Part shown: one piece after another, positions 40,281 through 49,968 of the stretch
Layout: each line of letters starts with the position of its first letter
Numbering within the stretch: the first letter of the stretch is position 1
Assembly (NCBI GenBank): GCA_963728445.1
Contig: CAVSJO010000006.1
Coordinates: 1,279,138 to 1,343,137 of the forward strand
Length of the DNA stretch: 64,000 nucleotides
Source of the DNA: an uncultured Gemmatimonadales bacterium
GTDB lineage: Bacteria; Gemmatimonadota; Gemmatimonadetes; Longimicrobiales; RSA9
Direction of reading: 5' to 3'
The notes under the pieces: generated by a model
Told to the model about the DNA's origin: nothing
What the model saw: the letters and a program-made list of their open reading frames with translations, nothing else
Database searches by the model: none
Translations under genes and position numbers: made by a program

Positions 40281-40722
40281 GGACGCGGAGGCCGGAGGTA
40301 CTGCGGGCGACGGTACTGCGGGCGACGGTACGGCGGGCGAGGTACTGCGGGCGAGGTACGGCGGGTGCGGTGCTGCGGGCGAGGTGCCGCGGGCGAGGTA
40401 CGGCGGGCGAGGTACGGCGGGTGCGGTGCCTGCGAAATCGCTGCAGTTCGAAACGTCCGGACAACGGATGCGGGATCGACCACCGGGGTCAATCGGCCCC
40501 CGGCGACGCTCGCGCCCGCCGTCCTCGCCCGCAGTAACCCCCGCAGCTCGCGCCCGCCAACCTCGCCCGCCGACCTCGCCCGTAGTTCTCGCCCGTAGTT
40601 CTCGCCCGTAGTTCTCGCCCGCCGTCCTCCCGCAGTACCCCCCCGCAGTTCTCGCCCGCAGTCCTCGCCCGCCGTACCTCGCCCGCAGTCACCGCCCGCC
40701 GTCCCCGGCTCCCGCAGTCCCA
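40281..40722. repeat. Double tandem-repeat array in inverted arrangement: about 10 units GTAC(T/G)GCGGGCGAG, a 76-bp unique spacer, then about 15 units CTCGCCCGCAGTA (reverse complement)
   Basis: Direct reading; arms at 40281-40432 and 40509-40722. Confidence 0.85.
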
Positions 40723-40793
40723 ATGGCGCGACTTCGTCCGCGATTTCGCTTGGGGAGTGTAGGCACGCTCTGCAACGGCGAACGGAGAACCCC

Positions 40794-43700
40794 ATGTTCA
40801 CGCAACTGCCCCGGCATGACCCTCGATGCGGGATCCTGCGTCTTGCGACTGTCCCGCCGCTTCTCACGCTGGTGATGGCCGCAGCGGCCTGCACCGGCAC
40901 GGACGCGCCGCTGTCGCCTGGTCGACCCCGGCCGGACGCGAGTCCGGGGATCGAAGCAGATCCGGGCTCTTCGTGCTCTTCGATCTCGACGGTTCAGCTC
41001 CTCGCGGGACGGTCGCTTCATGCCGGGACGGTCTCGCTGTCGAACGATGCAGAGCATCTCTATGTCACGTACGGGACCGACGCCGGCTGGACGCTCGGCT
41101 CCACGGCCTTGTTCGCAGGGCAGAGCGTCGCAGACATTCCCCGAAACCGCGCCGGGAACCCGATCGTGGGTCACTTCTCCAAATCCGCCGAGCATGCGCC
41201 CGGCACGACGCAGTACACCTATTCGCTTCCGCTCGACGACCTGGAGCAGGCGCGGGTCGTCGTCGCGTATGCAGACGTTTACAACGGGGATCGGGAAGAG
41301 GGCGCGTGGGGCGCGGGCGACCGCATCAATCCGACGGGTTCGTGGGCCACGTGGTTCACGTATCAGCCGGAAGCGTGTGCCGGCGCCCTGATCGGGCCGT
41401 CCGGCGGCCACCTCGAATTCGGAGGGATGAGCCTCGACGTACCGGAGGGCGCACTGGGCCAGGACGTCCTGATCACGGCCCGACGCTCCGGACTTATTGA
41501 TGCCTCGGGTTCGAACGTCCTCTCGCTCGTGGACGGAACGGCGTACGACCTGGGCCCGGATGGCCTGCAATTCCTGCTGCCGTTCGACATTACGATTGCC
41601 TACGATCCGGATGCGTTACCGGCCGGCGTCTCCGAATCCGATCTCGTCGTCTTTCAAGGCGACGGTGCGGGGCTCTCGCCGCTGACCGGTACGGTCGATC
41701 CGTCGGTCCATTCGGTCAGCGGGTCCGGCACTCACTTCACGGACTTCGTCGTCGGCGTGCCGGAGAGCGTGTACGCAACGGTGCCGTGCCCGGATCTGGC
41801 GCCGGCAGCGTCGTCCGGCATCCCGCTCGACGAGGTCGCGCTCGGCGCCTTGCCCGCCAGCTTCGATCCGCCGCTCATCGCGCGCGTCGAGACCGACGAT
41901 TTCGATCCTGGCTGGGCATTCATCGTCAACGATGAGACCGGCGCACCGCAGCTCATGGTCCCCGTTCATCCTTCGACGTCACCCGACGGCGGTGCGGTTC
42001 GCCTGCGCCTGACGGACGGCACGAGTGCCTGTGAGCCGTTCGACTTCCTGATCGAGCCGCTGCCCCCTGCGCCGGGCGAGCTCGGCCGGATCGCAGATCA
42101 GATCCAGGACGCGCTTCGCCAGGAAGCGACAGCGCTCGGGACCACGCCGGAAGAGCTCCTTGCCACGCCGACCGACCAGGTTCCGATGTCGTTGATCCCG
42201 CTCTTCATCGTGCAGAGCGAGCTGGACAATCCTGAAAATCCCTACTCGCTCCGCGCCATCGCCAACGGAACAGCCCCGAACGCGGCCGACGCGAGGCTCG
42301 ATATCCTGGAGCCGCTCATTGCGCGGATCGGGCTGCTGGAGGAGCTGACCACGTCGTCTGCCTCGAACGTCACCGCACGGGCTGCTGGAGCAGGCGCCGC
42401 TGTCTCGGCCTTTGGCCCGGGCTCACACCGTGGAGAAGACGCCCCTCCGAGGCCGGCGTCCGTCCTGACAGAGCTGTGCAGTCCCGAGTCCGTCGGCTCC
42501 GACGCCGGGCTCCTCGACTACTGCATGGACCAGGCGTGGGACGTGGTGTTCCGCATGCACGGTGCGTCCGGAACGGTTCTGAAGAAGCTGTCCGCAGCGT
42601 CGGGAGCGGTGGGGATCGTGCCCGGCCTCGGCGAAGCCGGTGCCGTGGGTGGTTTTGCAACCTGGCTCGTCTCGAACGAGCGCGAGCGAAACGCGGCCCT
42701 GTTGCCATCCGTGTTGACGAGCCTCACCATCCAGCCGACGCCGACGGAGTTTCTCGAGGATGACGATACGACCGGCGACTGGACGCCCGCGATGCTCACG
42801 GCCAGCAATCTGGGCTGGGACTTCGGTCTAGAAGCGCTGACGGCCGTCTTCCAGGGACTCCAGCTTGCCGCTGCATTCGACAAGTTCGACCTCGAAGGTC
42901 CGGTGACGAGCGATGCCGCAGGCGCGATCGCTCAGGATCCGGTCACGAGCGAGCTGATCAAACGCGCGGCGCCCGAAGACTACCGTCTGCCGCCCCAGAC
43001 ATACGGTCCGGTGAATGTCGACGACGAGCAGTGGAGCACGGCGAGCGTCCCCGTGGGTGACGCCATCGTCCTCACCTCGCACACCGAGTACGAGGCACAC
43101 CGGGAGGGCACCTCAGTGTTGTCCGTGCGGACGGCTGACGGCGAGTTCGGCAGCCAGCAGATCGCCACTCAGGCGACGATCACGGTCAAGCCGATCCAGA
43201 TGTCGATCTCGCCGTCGGACGTCACCCTCGCGCCGGGCGAGGTTCAGACGTTCACGATCAAGGTGGTGGACGCCAAGTACCCGGACAGAGTCGAGGTGGA
43301 TGCTTCCGTCCCGCTGCAGGGGGCGGCCGGCCCGGCCGAATTCCTGGCCGACAACCTGAGCACCGTCACCTATACGGCTCCCGAAAATCCCGATGCGGCT
43401 CATCCGGATCTGCTGACCGTAAGGTATGCCGGTACGACCGGCGCGCGTGCTGCGCCGATCGAGGAGCGCAACGCCGTCGCCACCATCCGTTTCGGCAAGA
43501 TCACGATCTCGCCGCAGCCGCCGTGTATCCCGGCCGGACAGCCGGTGACCTTCACGGCCGACGTCGTCGGCCCATCGGACAAGACGGTCACGTGGTCCGC
43601 AGACGTCGGCTCCATCAATGCGTCGACGGGTGAATACATTGCGCCCGACCCGCTCCCGAGCGGGGTGCATACTGTCACGATCACGGCGACCAGCGTCGAG

Positions 43701-44183
43701 AACGAGAAGCTGACCGGCTCCGTCACGCTCTCGCTCGGCTGCGACTGCCGATTCTCGGTGCTGGTCAATGGAATGAGCTTCGATGGCCAGACCGGAGACG
43801 CGCCCTATTTCATCCAGGACTACTCTGCCGGCGAGCTCCAGGGCATCGTGCTCCCGCTCCCGGGTGAAGCCGGTCAGAGCGCCTCGATCGCGCTTGTGCA
43901 GCCTTTCGCTCAGGTACCCGGCACCTACCCGGCGGTTGTCTCCGTCTATCTCGGCGGCACCGACTACTACCAGACGGACGACGCTGCGCCGGCGCAGCTC
44001 GCGCTGGACGAATTCGATGTCGGACGCAAGGTCGTCGGTTCCGTCTCCGGCACGCTGCGGATCTATACGCAGAGCGGGAGTGATCAGACCGCTTCGTTCG
44101 AGTCGAACTTCACGCTGACCTGGCCGGCAGATGAGCTGTCCGACGTTTCGACGAACACCGACGTCATCTGCACGATCCGGTGA
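40794..44183 (+). CDS. Large lipoprotein (1129 aa) with bacterial Ig-like (Big_2) domains; lower GC than surroundings
   Basis: Signal and lipobox AAAC; repeated Ig-like segments; codons show more A/T in third position. Confidence 0.7.
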   Translation: MFTQLPRHDPRCGILRLATVPPLLTLVMAAAACTGTDAPLSPGRPRPDASPGIEADPGSSCSSISTVQLLAGRSLHAGTVSLSNDAEHLYVTYGTDAGWTLGSTALFAGQSVADIPRNRAGNPIVGHFSKSAEHAPGTTQYTYSLPLDDLEQARVVVAYADVYNGDREEGAWGAGDRINPTGSWATWFTYQPEACAGALIGPSGGHLEFGGMSLDVPEGALGQDVLITARRSGLIDASGSNVLSLVDGTAYDLGPDGLQFLLPFDITIAYDPDALPAGVSESDLVVFQGDGAGLSPLTGTVDPSVHSVSGSGTHFTDFVVGVPESVYATVPCPDLAPAASSGIPLDEVALGALPASFDPPLIARVETDDFDPGWAFIVNDETGAPQLMVPVHPSTSPDGGAVRLRLTDGTSACEPFDFLIEPLPPAPGELGRIADQIQDALRQEATALGTTPEELLATPTDQVPMSLIPLFIVQSELDNPENPYSLRAIANGTAPNAADARLDILEPLIARIGLLEELTTSSASNVTARAAGAGAAVSAFGPGSHRGEDAPPRPASVLTELCSPESVGSDAGLLDYCMDQAWDVVFRMHGASGTVLKKLSAASGAVGIVPGLGEAGAVGGFATWLVSNERERNAALLPSVLTSLTIQPTPTEFLEDDDTTGDWTPAMLTASNLGWDFGLEALTAVFQGLQLAAAFDKFDLEGPVTSDAAGAIAQDPVTSELIKRAAPEDYRLPPQTYGPVNVDDEQWSTASVPVGDAIVLTSHTEYEAHREGTSVLSVRTADGEFGSQQIATQATITVKPIQMSISPSDVTLAPGEVQTFTIKVVDAKYPDRVEVDASVPLQGAAGPAEFLADNLSTVTYTAPENPDAAHPDLLTVRYAGTTGARAAPIEERNAVATIRFGKITISPQPPCIPAGQPVTFTADVVGPSDKTVTWSADVGSINASTGEYIAPDPLPSGVHTVTITATSVENEKLTGSVTLSLGCDCRFSVLVNGMSFDGQTGDAPYFIQDYSAGELQGIVLPLPGEAGQSASIALVQPFAQVPGTYPAVVSVYLGGTDYYQTDDAAPAQLALDEFDVGRKVVGSVSGTLRIYTQSGSDQTASFESNFTLTWPADELSDVSTNTDVICTIR

Positions 44184-44241
44184 CGGGCCGAGCCCCACAG
44201 GGCCGCCTCCAACCGAGGGGCACGAGGCACGGCAGGCCTGC

Positions 44242-44710
44242 GTGAGCGGCGAGCCCGACCTGCGGCGCTTCGGCGAAGTCGACCGCCTCTTCGCTGAAGC
44301 ACTCGAGCTGCCTCCAGCCGAGCGAGAGCAGTTCGTTGGGGAGCAGTGCGCGGATGATCCCGAACTGGCTGGGGCCGTTCGCGCGCTGCTCTCGGCGGAG
44401 CGGGACTCCGCGGGGCTCTTCGATACGCCGGACATCACGACCGCGCGTGAAGCACTGCGCGAGCTGGCCGAAGGCACGGCGCCGTCGGAGCCGGAGTCGG
44501 CCACGGAGCAGGTGGGCTCCTATCGACTGTCACCCTGACATCGCCCCCCTCCATGACGGCAGCTCCTCGGATCGTGGCGGCCCTTTCCGCGCCGCCTGGA
44601 GCTCTCTATTCGCGTGTGCGACGCCGTTCGATACGCGCACGCGCAACTCGTCGTCCATCGTGACCTCAAGCCCGGCAACAGTCACGTTCCGCACCCGACC
44701 GGCTTCCCGT
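44242..44710 (+). pseudogene. Ser/Thr protein kinase remnant: N-terminal region plus a frameshifted catalytic-loop fragment, paralogous to the kinase at 46582
   Basis: FGEVDRLFAEALELPPAEREQF.. aligns to the intact kinase N-terminus, then stop; 44614-44690 encodes [21 protein letters not shown] in another frame. Confidence 0.7.
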
Positions 44711-45827
44711 CGGCACCCCTGGGGACCGGCGGTCCCTCGTTGACGGAAATGTCGTCGACATCGATCACCGACGAGAGTTCGTCGCCCGATACCATCTGTT
44801 CGAGCTTTTTCATCTGGCCGCCCATGACCTTCATGACCATGGAGCGCTGCGATTGAGGCATCGAAGCCAGCTTCGCCTGGAGCTCCTTCAGCTTCTCCTT
44901 CGATTCCTGCATCCTGGCACGCTCCCTGTCGCTCATGGCGCCCATCAGCCCCGAGATGCGGAACACGTGCTGGCGCGCCTCGAACAGCGGCCCGGCGGGC
45001 TGATAATCGAGATCCAGCTTCTCGATTTCGATCGGCATGGACCGGCCGCCCTGATCGACGGTCCCCTCGATCCGCATCCTGAGCGGTACGTACTCCTGCG
45101 AGTCGATCCAGAGGCTGATCCGGTCCAGCACGAACTTCGGCGCGCCGTCCGTCTGCGCGAGCGGAAGATCGGATAGATTCTCGGCGACGATGAGAAACGC
45201 GTCGCGTTCTTCTCCCGAGCCGTCAGTCTCTCCCGGCTCCCATCTCGATGCGCGCACCGGCTCCACCCGTTCGAAGCGAGCGTGCTGAACGAACGCGGCC
45301 GCCGGGCTCGCGGCGATGATCGCGTCCGGGCTCCTGTCCCTCGACTCCTTGTCGGCGACGTTCCAGATCGTGGAGGCGATCGAGTCCGTCACGGCTTGCA
45401 TGTCGAAGCCCGGCATGCCGCCGTTTGCCGGCATGTCTCCCCCGCCCGCCGAAACCACCTCGCCCATGATACGGAGGCCATTCGCATACTCCTTCATCTG
45501 GTCCGGCGTCATCTCCGGACAGCCCGCATCCCGCATCGCCTGGCGCAGGTATTCCCGTGGCGAGACCATGCGGAACGCTACCTCGCCGTCAGCCGACGAC
45601 TTTTCGAAGAAGACCGGATACTGCGATGGTGCGGTGCCGGACGGCGCGATGGCGCCGAGGTCGACCGGGGCGCGAACGGATTCCTGCACGGTGTAGTTGT
45701 CGACGGCAGCCCAGCGGACGAGTTGTTTCTGGCGCATGGTCCGGAGGATCGAGGATGCGTCCTGCGCTGCGCTCGGTGCTGCCCAGGCCAGAGCCGTAGC
45801 GGCGGCAAGGATCGAGATCTTTCTCAT
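44682..45827 (-). CDS. Hypothetical secreted protein
   Basis: Signal peptide [22 protein letters not shown]; GC3 bias; divergent from the ECF sigma gene. Confidence 0.55.
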   Translation of the reverse strand: MRKISILAAATALAWAAPSAAQDASSILRTMRQKQLVRWAAVDNYTVQESVRAPVDLGAIAPSGTAPSQYPVFFEKSSADGEVAFRMVSPREYLRQAMRDAGCPEMTPDQMKEYANGLRIMGEVVSAGGGDMPANGGMPGFDMQAVTDSIASTIWNVADKESRDRSPDAIIAASPAAAFVQHARFERVEPVRASRWEPGETDGSGEERDAFLIVAENLSDLPLAQTDGAPKFVLDRISLWIDSQEYVPLRMRIEGTVDQGGRSMPIEIEKLDLDYQPAGPLFEARQHVFRISGLMGAMSDRERARMQESKEKLKELQAKLASMPQSQRSMVMKVMGGQMKKLEQMVSGDELSSVIDVDDISVNEGPPVPRGADGKPVGCGT

Positions 45828-45942
45828 CGGTGGGCTCCTCGTGTGAGTTCTCTGCGACCGGAAGCGATCTCCTACCGATAGAGCGAAAGGCGGCCGTCGA
45901 TTGCGCCACGCACACGACAAGACACTTGCCACTCGACGGACC

Positions 45943-46560
45943 ATGGTCCCATCCTGGCTTCGTCCCATTCGGAAATCCGCCGTGGACACATACGAGGACA
46001 TCCCACGCCTGGTGAGCGATTGGAGCGACGGAAGCCAGGAGGCGTTCGATCGTCTGGTGACGCTGCTCTACGACGACCTGCGCGACCTCGCTCATGCGCA
46101 TCTCAGGAGCGAGCGCACGGGTCACACGCTCGACACGACCGCGCTCGTACACGAGGCGTACGTTCGGCTCGCCGGCCACACGGGTCCCAGCTGGCGCGGT
46201 CGGCCGCGATTCTTTGCGTTCCTTTCCCGAGTGATGCGGCACGTCCTGGTCGACTACGCTCGCCGACGGGCGGCGGGAAAGCGCCAGGTCGCGCAGGTCC
46301 CGCTGACAGCCGGCTCGCTGAATCCGGGACTCTCGTCCGATGCCATCGATCTTCTCGCCATGAACGAAGCGCTCGACCGGCTCGAGGAGAAGAGCTCCGA
46401 GCTGGCGGCGATCGTAGAATGCCGCTTCTTCGGCGGGCTCACCACGAGCGAGACGGCGGAGGCGCTCGGAATCTCGCCCCGCACCGTGGACCGGGGATGG
46501 CAGCGTGCCCGGTCGTACCTCTTCCAGCTTCTTGCCCCGGAGCCGCTGAAAGCGGAGTAG
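45943..46560 (+). CDS. ECF-type sigma-70 factor (kinase-associated type)
   Basis: Region 2 (DLAHAHL.., LVHEAYVRL) and region 4 HTH (ETAEALGISPRTVDRGWQRAR); start uncertain. Confidence 0.75.
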   Translation: MVPSWLRPIRKSAVDTYEDIPRLVSDWSDGSQEAFDRLVTLLYDDLRDLAHAHLRSERTGHTLDTTALVHEAYVRLAGHTGPSWRGRPRFFAFLSRVMRHVLVDYARRRAAGKRQVAQVPLTAGSLNPGLSSDAIDLLAMNEALDRLEEKSSELAAIVECRFFGGLTTSETAEALGISPRTVDRGWQRARSYLFQLLAPEPLKAE

Positions 46561-46581
46561 TCCTCCCCAGCCTCTGCTACC

Positions 46582-49245
46582 GTGCAACCGATCGATTCCG
46601 GCTGGCGTCGCTGGGACGAAGTCGACCGTCTGTTCACGGCCGCTCTCGATCTGCCCGAATCGGAGCGCGAGAGCTTCATCGTTCGGCAGTGCGAAGGCGA
46701 CATCGAGCTTCGCGACGCCGTCCTCTCGGTGCTCACGGCGGAGCGAGCGTCGGCCGACCTTTTCGAGGGGCCGGAATCCGCCCGGGCGCGCGAGGCCCTG
46801 CGCGAGTTCTTCTCCGCGGGAGATTCCGGGGCCGCCGATCATGCGGGAGAGAGGATCGGCCCCTACCGACTGATCCGGCGGATCGGCCGCGGCGGGATGG
46901 GAACGGTATTTCTGGCGGAGCGCGCAGACGCGGACTTCGATCAGCGGGTGGCGGTCAAGCTGCTGCGCAGGGGGCTGGATACCGAAGACATCGTCGGCCG
47001 ATTCCTGTCCGAGCGCCGCATTCTCGCACGCCTGACACACCCGAACATCGCGCGGCTCTACGACGGTGGTTCGTCTGCGGACGGCAGACCTTACCTCGTG
47101 ATGGAGTACGTGGACGGTGAGCCGGTCACGGACTACTGCGACGCCCGGACTCTCCCCCTCGCTCAGCGCCTCGAATTCTTCCTGCGCGTCGCGGACGCGG
47201 TGCGCTACGCCCACGCGCAGCTCGTCGTCCATCGCGATCTGAAGCCGTCCAACATCCTCGTCACGAAGGACGGCCGCGTGAAGCTTCTGGACTTCGGGAT
47301 CGCGAAGATCCTGTCGCCGGACGCCGACGATCGAGATGCCGTGACCCGTACCGGCGTACGCGTGTTGACGCCCGAATACGCGAGCCCGGAGCAGCTACGC
47401 GGCGATCCGATCACGACTGCGACTGACGTTTTCCAGCTCGGGATCCTTCTCTTCGTCCTGCTTACGGGTCGCCGCCCGTCCTCCGGGGACTCCGCCACCG
47501 ACGATCGGGCCGTCGCCACGCGAGCCAGCGCTGCCGTAGGCGACGGTGACGCGGCCCGCATCGTCGCACGGGAGCGAGCCACGACGCCCGACAGACTCCG
47601 TCGCGCGCTGCGCGGCGATCTGGACATGATCCTGGGCAAGTCCCTGCGGGAGGAGCCGGATCGGCGCTACGCCTCGGTCGAGCAGCTTGCCGAAGACATA
47701 CGGCGTCATCTGGCGGGCCTTCCCATCGAGGCAAGGTCCGAAAGCACTCTCTATCGGACGGGAAAATTCCTGCGACGCCACCGCTGGCTCGTTCCGACGG
47801 GCGCGGTGGCGGTACTCTTCGCGGCCCTGTTCGCGGGAAGTTCGATCCGCCATGCCGCTCGCCTCGAGCGTGAGCGTAATGTCGCGCGCGAACAGGCAGA
47901 GCGGGCGGATCAGGTCCGGCGGCTTCTCGTGGACGCCTTCCGGAGCCCGGATCCGTTCGATCCGGCCAATCCCCAGCGTGGCCGGGCCATCACCGTGGTC
48001 GAGGCCATGGACATCGGCGCAGATCGCGTCGTCCGGGAGCTGTCCGATCGACCTGCCATTCAGGCGAGTCTTCTCGACGCCATCGTCGACGTCTACACGA
48101 ATCTCGGCGCGTCACCAAAGGCCGTGCCCCTCGCCCGGCGCGCCCTCGCGCTGCACGGCCGCGTCGATGGCACGGCGAGCCGGGCATACCGCGAGGCGCT
48201 GGGTCGGCTCGCGACGAGCGTGGGCGCCGGACACGACCGCGCTGCCGGCGACTCCGCACTCGTGCTGTACCGACGAAGGCTGACCCTGGTCGATGCAGCC
48301 CGGGACGCAACGGCTGGCGAACGGGTGATGGCGCGGACCGACGTGGCGAACGAGTTGGCCGATCTCGGCCGTGCACGGGAAGCGGAGCCGGAGTTTCGCC
48401 GTGCCCTCGCCGCCGCGGATTCGTCCGTCCCGCCGGCGCAGCTCGCCGCGACGCACCGTGGCTTGGCCGGCGTACTCCAGTCGCTCGGTCGCGCCGCCGA
48501 CGCCGAGCCGCATGCGCGCCAGGCACTTGCCCTCGATCAGGCGGCCTTCGGGGAAGGGTCCGCCAACGTCGGCATGGCCTACGAGAGCCTGGCGGAGAAT
48601 CTCTCGGAGCTCGGGCGGAATGCCGAGGCCGCGGCTGAATTCCAGAGAGCCGTGGACCTCCTCCGCGCCACCCTCGGGGCCGAGAACACGAATACTGTCA
48701 ACGCGTTGAACAACCTGGCCCTCCTCCGCAGACGCATGGGTGACTTCGTGGGAGCCGAACGCGACCTGCGAACGGTCCTCGATCTGCACATCCGCACCCT
48801 CGGGCCGAACCATCGCGAGGTCGGGACCACGTACCAGAATCTGGGGGCTGTTCTGTACGACATGGGCCATCTGGATGAGGCAGCGGAGATGCACCGTCAC
48901 GCCGCCGCCATCTACGACTCGGTGCTCGAGCCCGGCAGCTATCTGCGTGCGTTCCCTCACCTGTCCCTCGCCGCCGTCGAGGTCGCCCGCGGAAACCCCG
49001 CAGCCGGAGAAGCCAGCGCACGACTGGCCCTCGATATCCTCGAGAAGGCGCTCCCGGCCGGCCACTTTGCGACCGCCGTCGCGCGCTGCCGGCTCGGCCG
49101 CGCCCTGCTTGCACGCGGAAGAGAACAGGAGGGAGCCGCAGCGCTGGCTGCGGCGGCTGAGATCATTCGCGCCTCGCCCCAGGCAGCGCCCTATCGAGAC
49201 GAGTGCCTCGGCGCTCTTGACCACGTCGCGAACGCCCCCAACTGA
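46582..49245 (+). CDS. Serine/threonine protein kinase with C-terminal TPR repeats
   Basis: GRGGMGTVF, VAVK, HRDLKPSNILV, DFG, SPEQ motifs; TM segment; TPR region. Confidence 0.85.
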   Translation: MQPIDSGWRRWDEVDRLFTAALDLPESERESFIVRQCEGDIELRDAVLSVLTAERASADLFEGPESARAREALREFFSAGDSGAADHAGERIGPYRLIRRIGRGGMGTVFLAERADADFDQRVAVKLLRRGLDTEDIVGRFLSERRILARLTHPNIARLYDGGSSADGRPYLVMEYVDGEPVTDYCDARTLPLAQRLEFFLRVADAVRYAHAQLVVHRDLKPSNILVTKDGRVKLLDFGIAKILSPDADDRDAVTRTGVRVLTPEYASPEQLRGDPITTATDVFQLGILLFVLLTGRRPSSGDSATDDRAVATRASAAVGDGDAARIVARERATTPDRLRRALRGDLDMILGKSLREEPDRRYASVEQLAEDIRRHLAGLPIEARSESTLYRTGKFLRRHRWLVPTGAVAVLFAALFAGSSIRHAARLERERNVAREQAERADQVRRLLVDAFRSPDPFDPANPQRGRAITVVEAMDIGADRVVRELSDRPAIQASLLDAIVDVYTNLGASPKAVPLARRALALHGRVDGTASRAYREALGRLATSVGAGHDRAAGDSALVLYRRRLTLVDAARDATAGERVMARTDVANELADLGRAREAEPEFRRALAAADSSVPPAQLAATHRGLAGVLQSLGRAADAEPHARQALALDQAAFGEGSANVGMAYESLAENLSELGRNAEAAAEFQRAVDLLRATLGAENTNTVNALNNLALLRRRMGDFVGAERDLRTVLDLHIRTLGPNHREVGTTYQNLGAVLYDMGHLDEAAEMHRHAAAIYDSVLEPGSYLRAFPHLSLAAVEVARGNPAAGEASARLALDILEKALPAGHFATAVARCRLGRALLARGREQEGAAALAAAAEIIRASPQAAPYRDECLGALDHVANAPN

Positions 49246-49688
49246 GGCCCACCACGACCGCTGACGTACTCCGCCCTCGCCCCGACGCGGCGAGGGCGGA
49301 GCACGTCGAGCTTTCGGATGTCTGTGGCGCGGCTGCTGAAGACGCCGCCGTAGGAGAGGATCGTCAGCCCGGTACCTCCCTCCCAGACCGCGGCCTGGTC
49401 GATCGTCGACGAGCCGAAGCGGTGGTCCCGGCCCGCCACCCAGTGGTCGTCGTTCATCGCCGCCGGCGTGACATCGACAGGAATCTGCATGATCGGTATG
49501 CCCGTCGACGACGTCGCAGCGGCCGTGATCGGCACCGCGTCTCCGGCGATCGGCCCGCGCACCTTGATCCGCGCAGCCCCCCTCGGATCCGGCGACGTCG
49601 GAGCATCCGTGCACGCCCCGAGGAGCACGGAGAGCAGCAGGACGACGCCGGGCCCCGCGCCAGGCCGGCGACAGCGGTGGATTCGCAT
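49191..49688 (-). CDS. Hypothetical lipoprotein
   Basis: Lipobox LLGAC; overlaps the kinase 3' end by 55 nt; weak. Confidence 0.3.
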   Translation of the reverse strand: MRIHRCRRPGAGPGVVLLLSVLLGACTDAPTSPDPRGAARIKVRGPIAGDAVPITAAATSSTGIPIMQIPVDVTPAAMNDDHWVAGRDHRFGSSTIDQAAVWEGGTGLTILSYGGVFSSRATDIRKLDVLRPRRVGARAEYVSGRGGPQLGAFATWSRAPRHSSR

Positions 49689-49759
49689 ACGATCCCCCAG
49701 GTGGAATGGAGTGGGTGGCATCTGCCTTCGCACTCTCAAGCGCGAAATGCCGCCGCCCT

Positions 49760-49888
49760 TCGCCACCCCCCCCGCCGCCCCCCGCAGCCCCCCGCCCGCC
49801 GCACCCCCGCCCGCAGTACCCCCCCGCAGTATCTCGCCCGCAGTATCTCGCCCGCCGCATCCTCGCCCGCAGCAATTCGCCCGCAGTC
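49760..49888. repeat. Degenerate tandem array of the CTCGCCCGCAGTA family
   Basis: ..CCCGCAGTACCCCCCCGCAGTATCTCGCCCGCAGTATCTCGCCCGCCGCATCCTCGCCCGCAGCAATTCGCCCGCAGTCC.. Confidence 0.75.
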
Positions 49889-49922
49889 CCCAACGCCGTC
49901 TCTTGACGCAAAGCCCCCGTAG

Positions 49923-49938
49923 TTGCATACTTATGCAA
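49923..49938. promoter_or_regulatory. Candidate ARG box (ArgR operator): perfect palindrome TTGCATACTTATGCAA, 30 nt upstream of argG
   Basis: Direct reading; TTGACG at 49893 could serve as a -35 element. Confidence 0.45.
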
Positions 49939-49968
49939 TCCATACCACCTGAACATACAGGAACCGCC

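Noticed and set aside
40281-40722. Possible CRISPR array
   Set aside because: Units are contiguous 13-14-bp tandem repeats with no unique spacers of 25-40 bp, and there are no cas genes.
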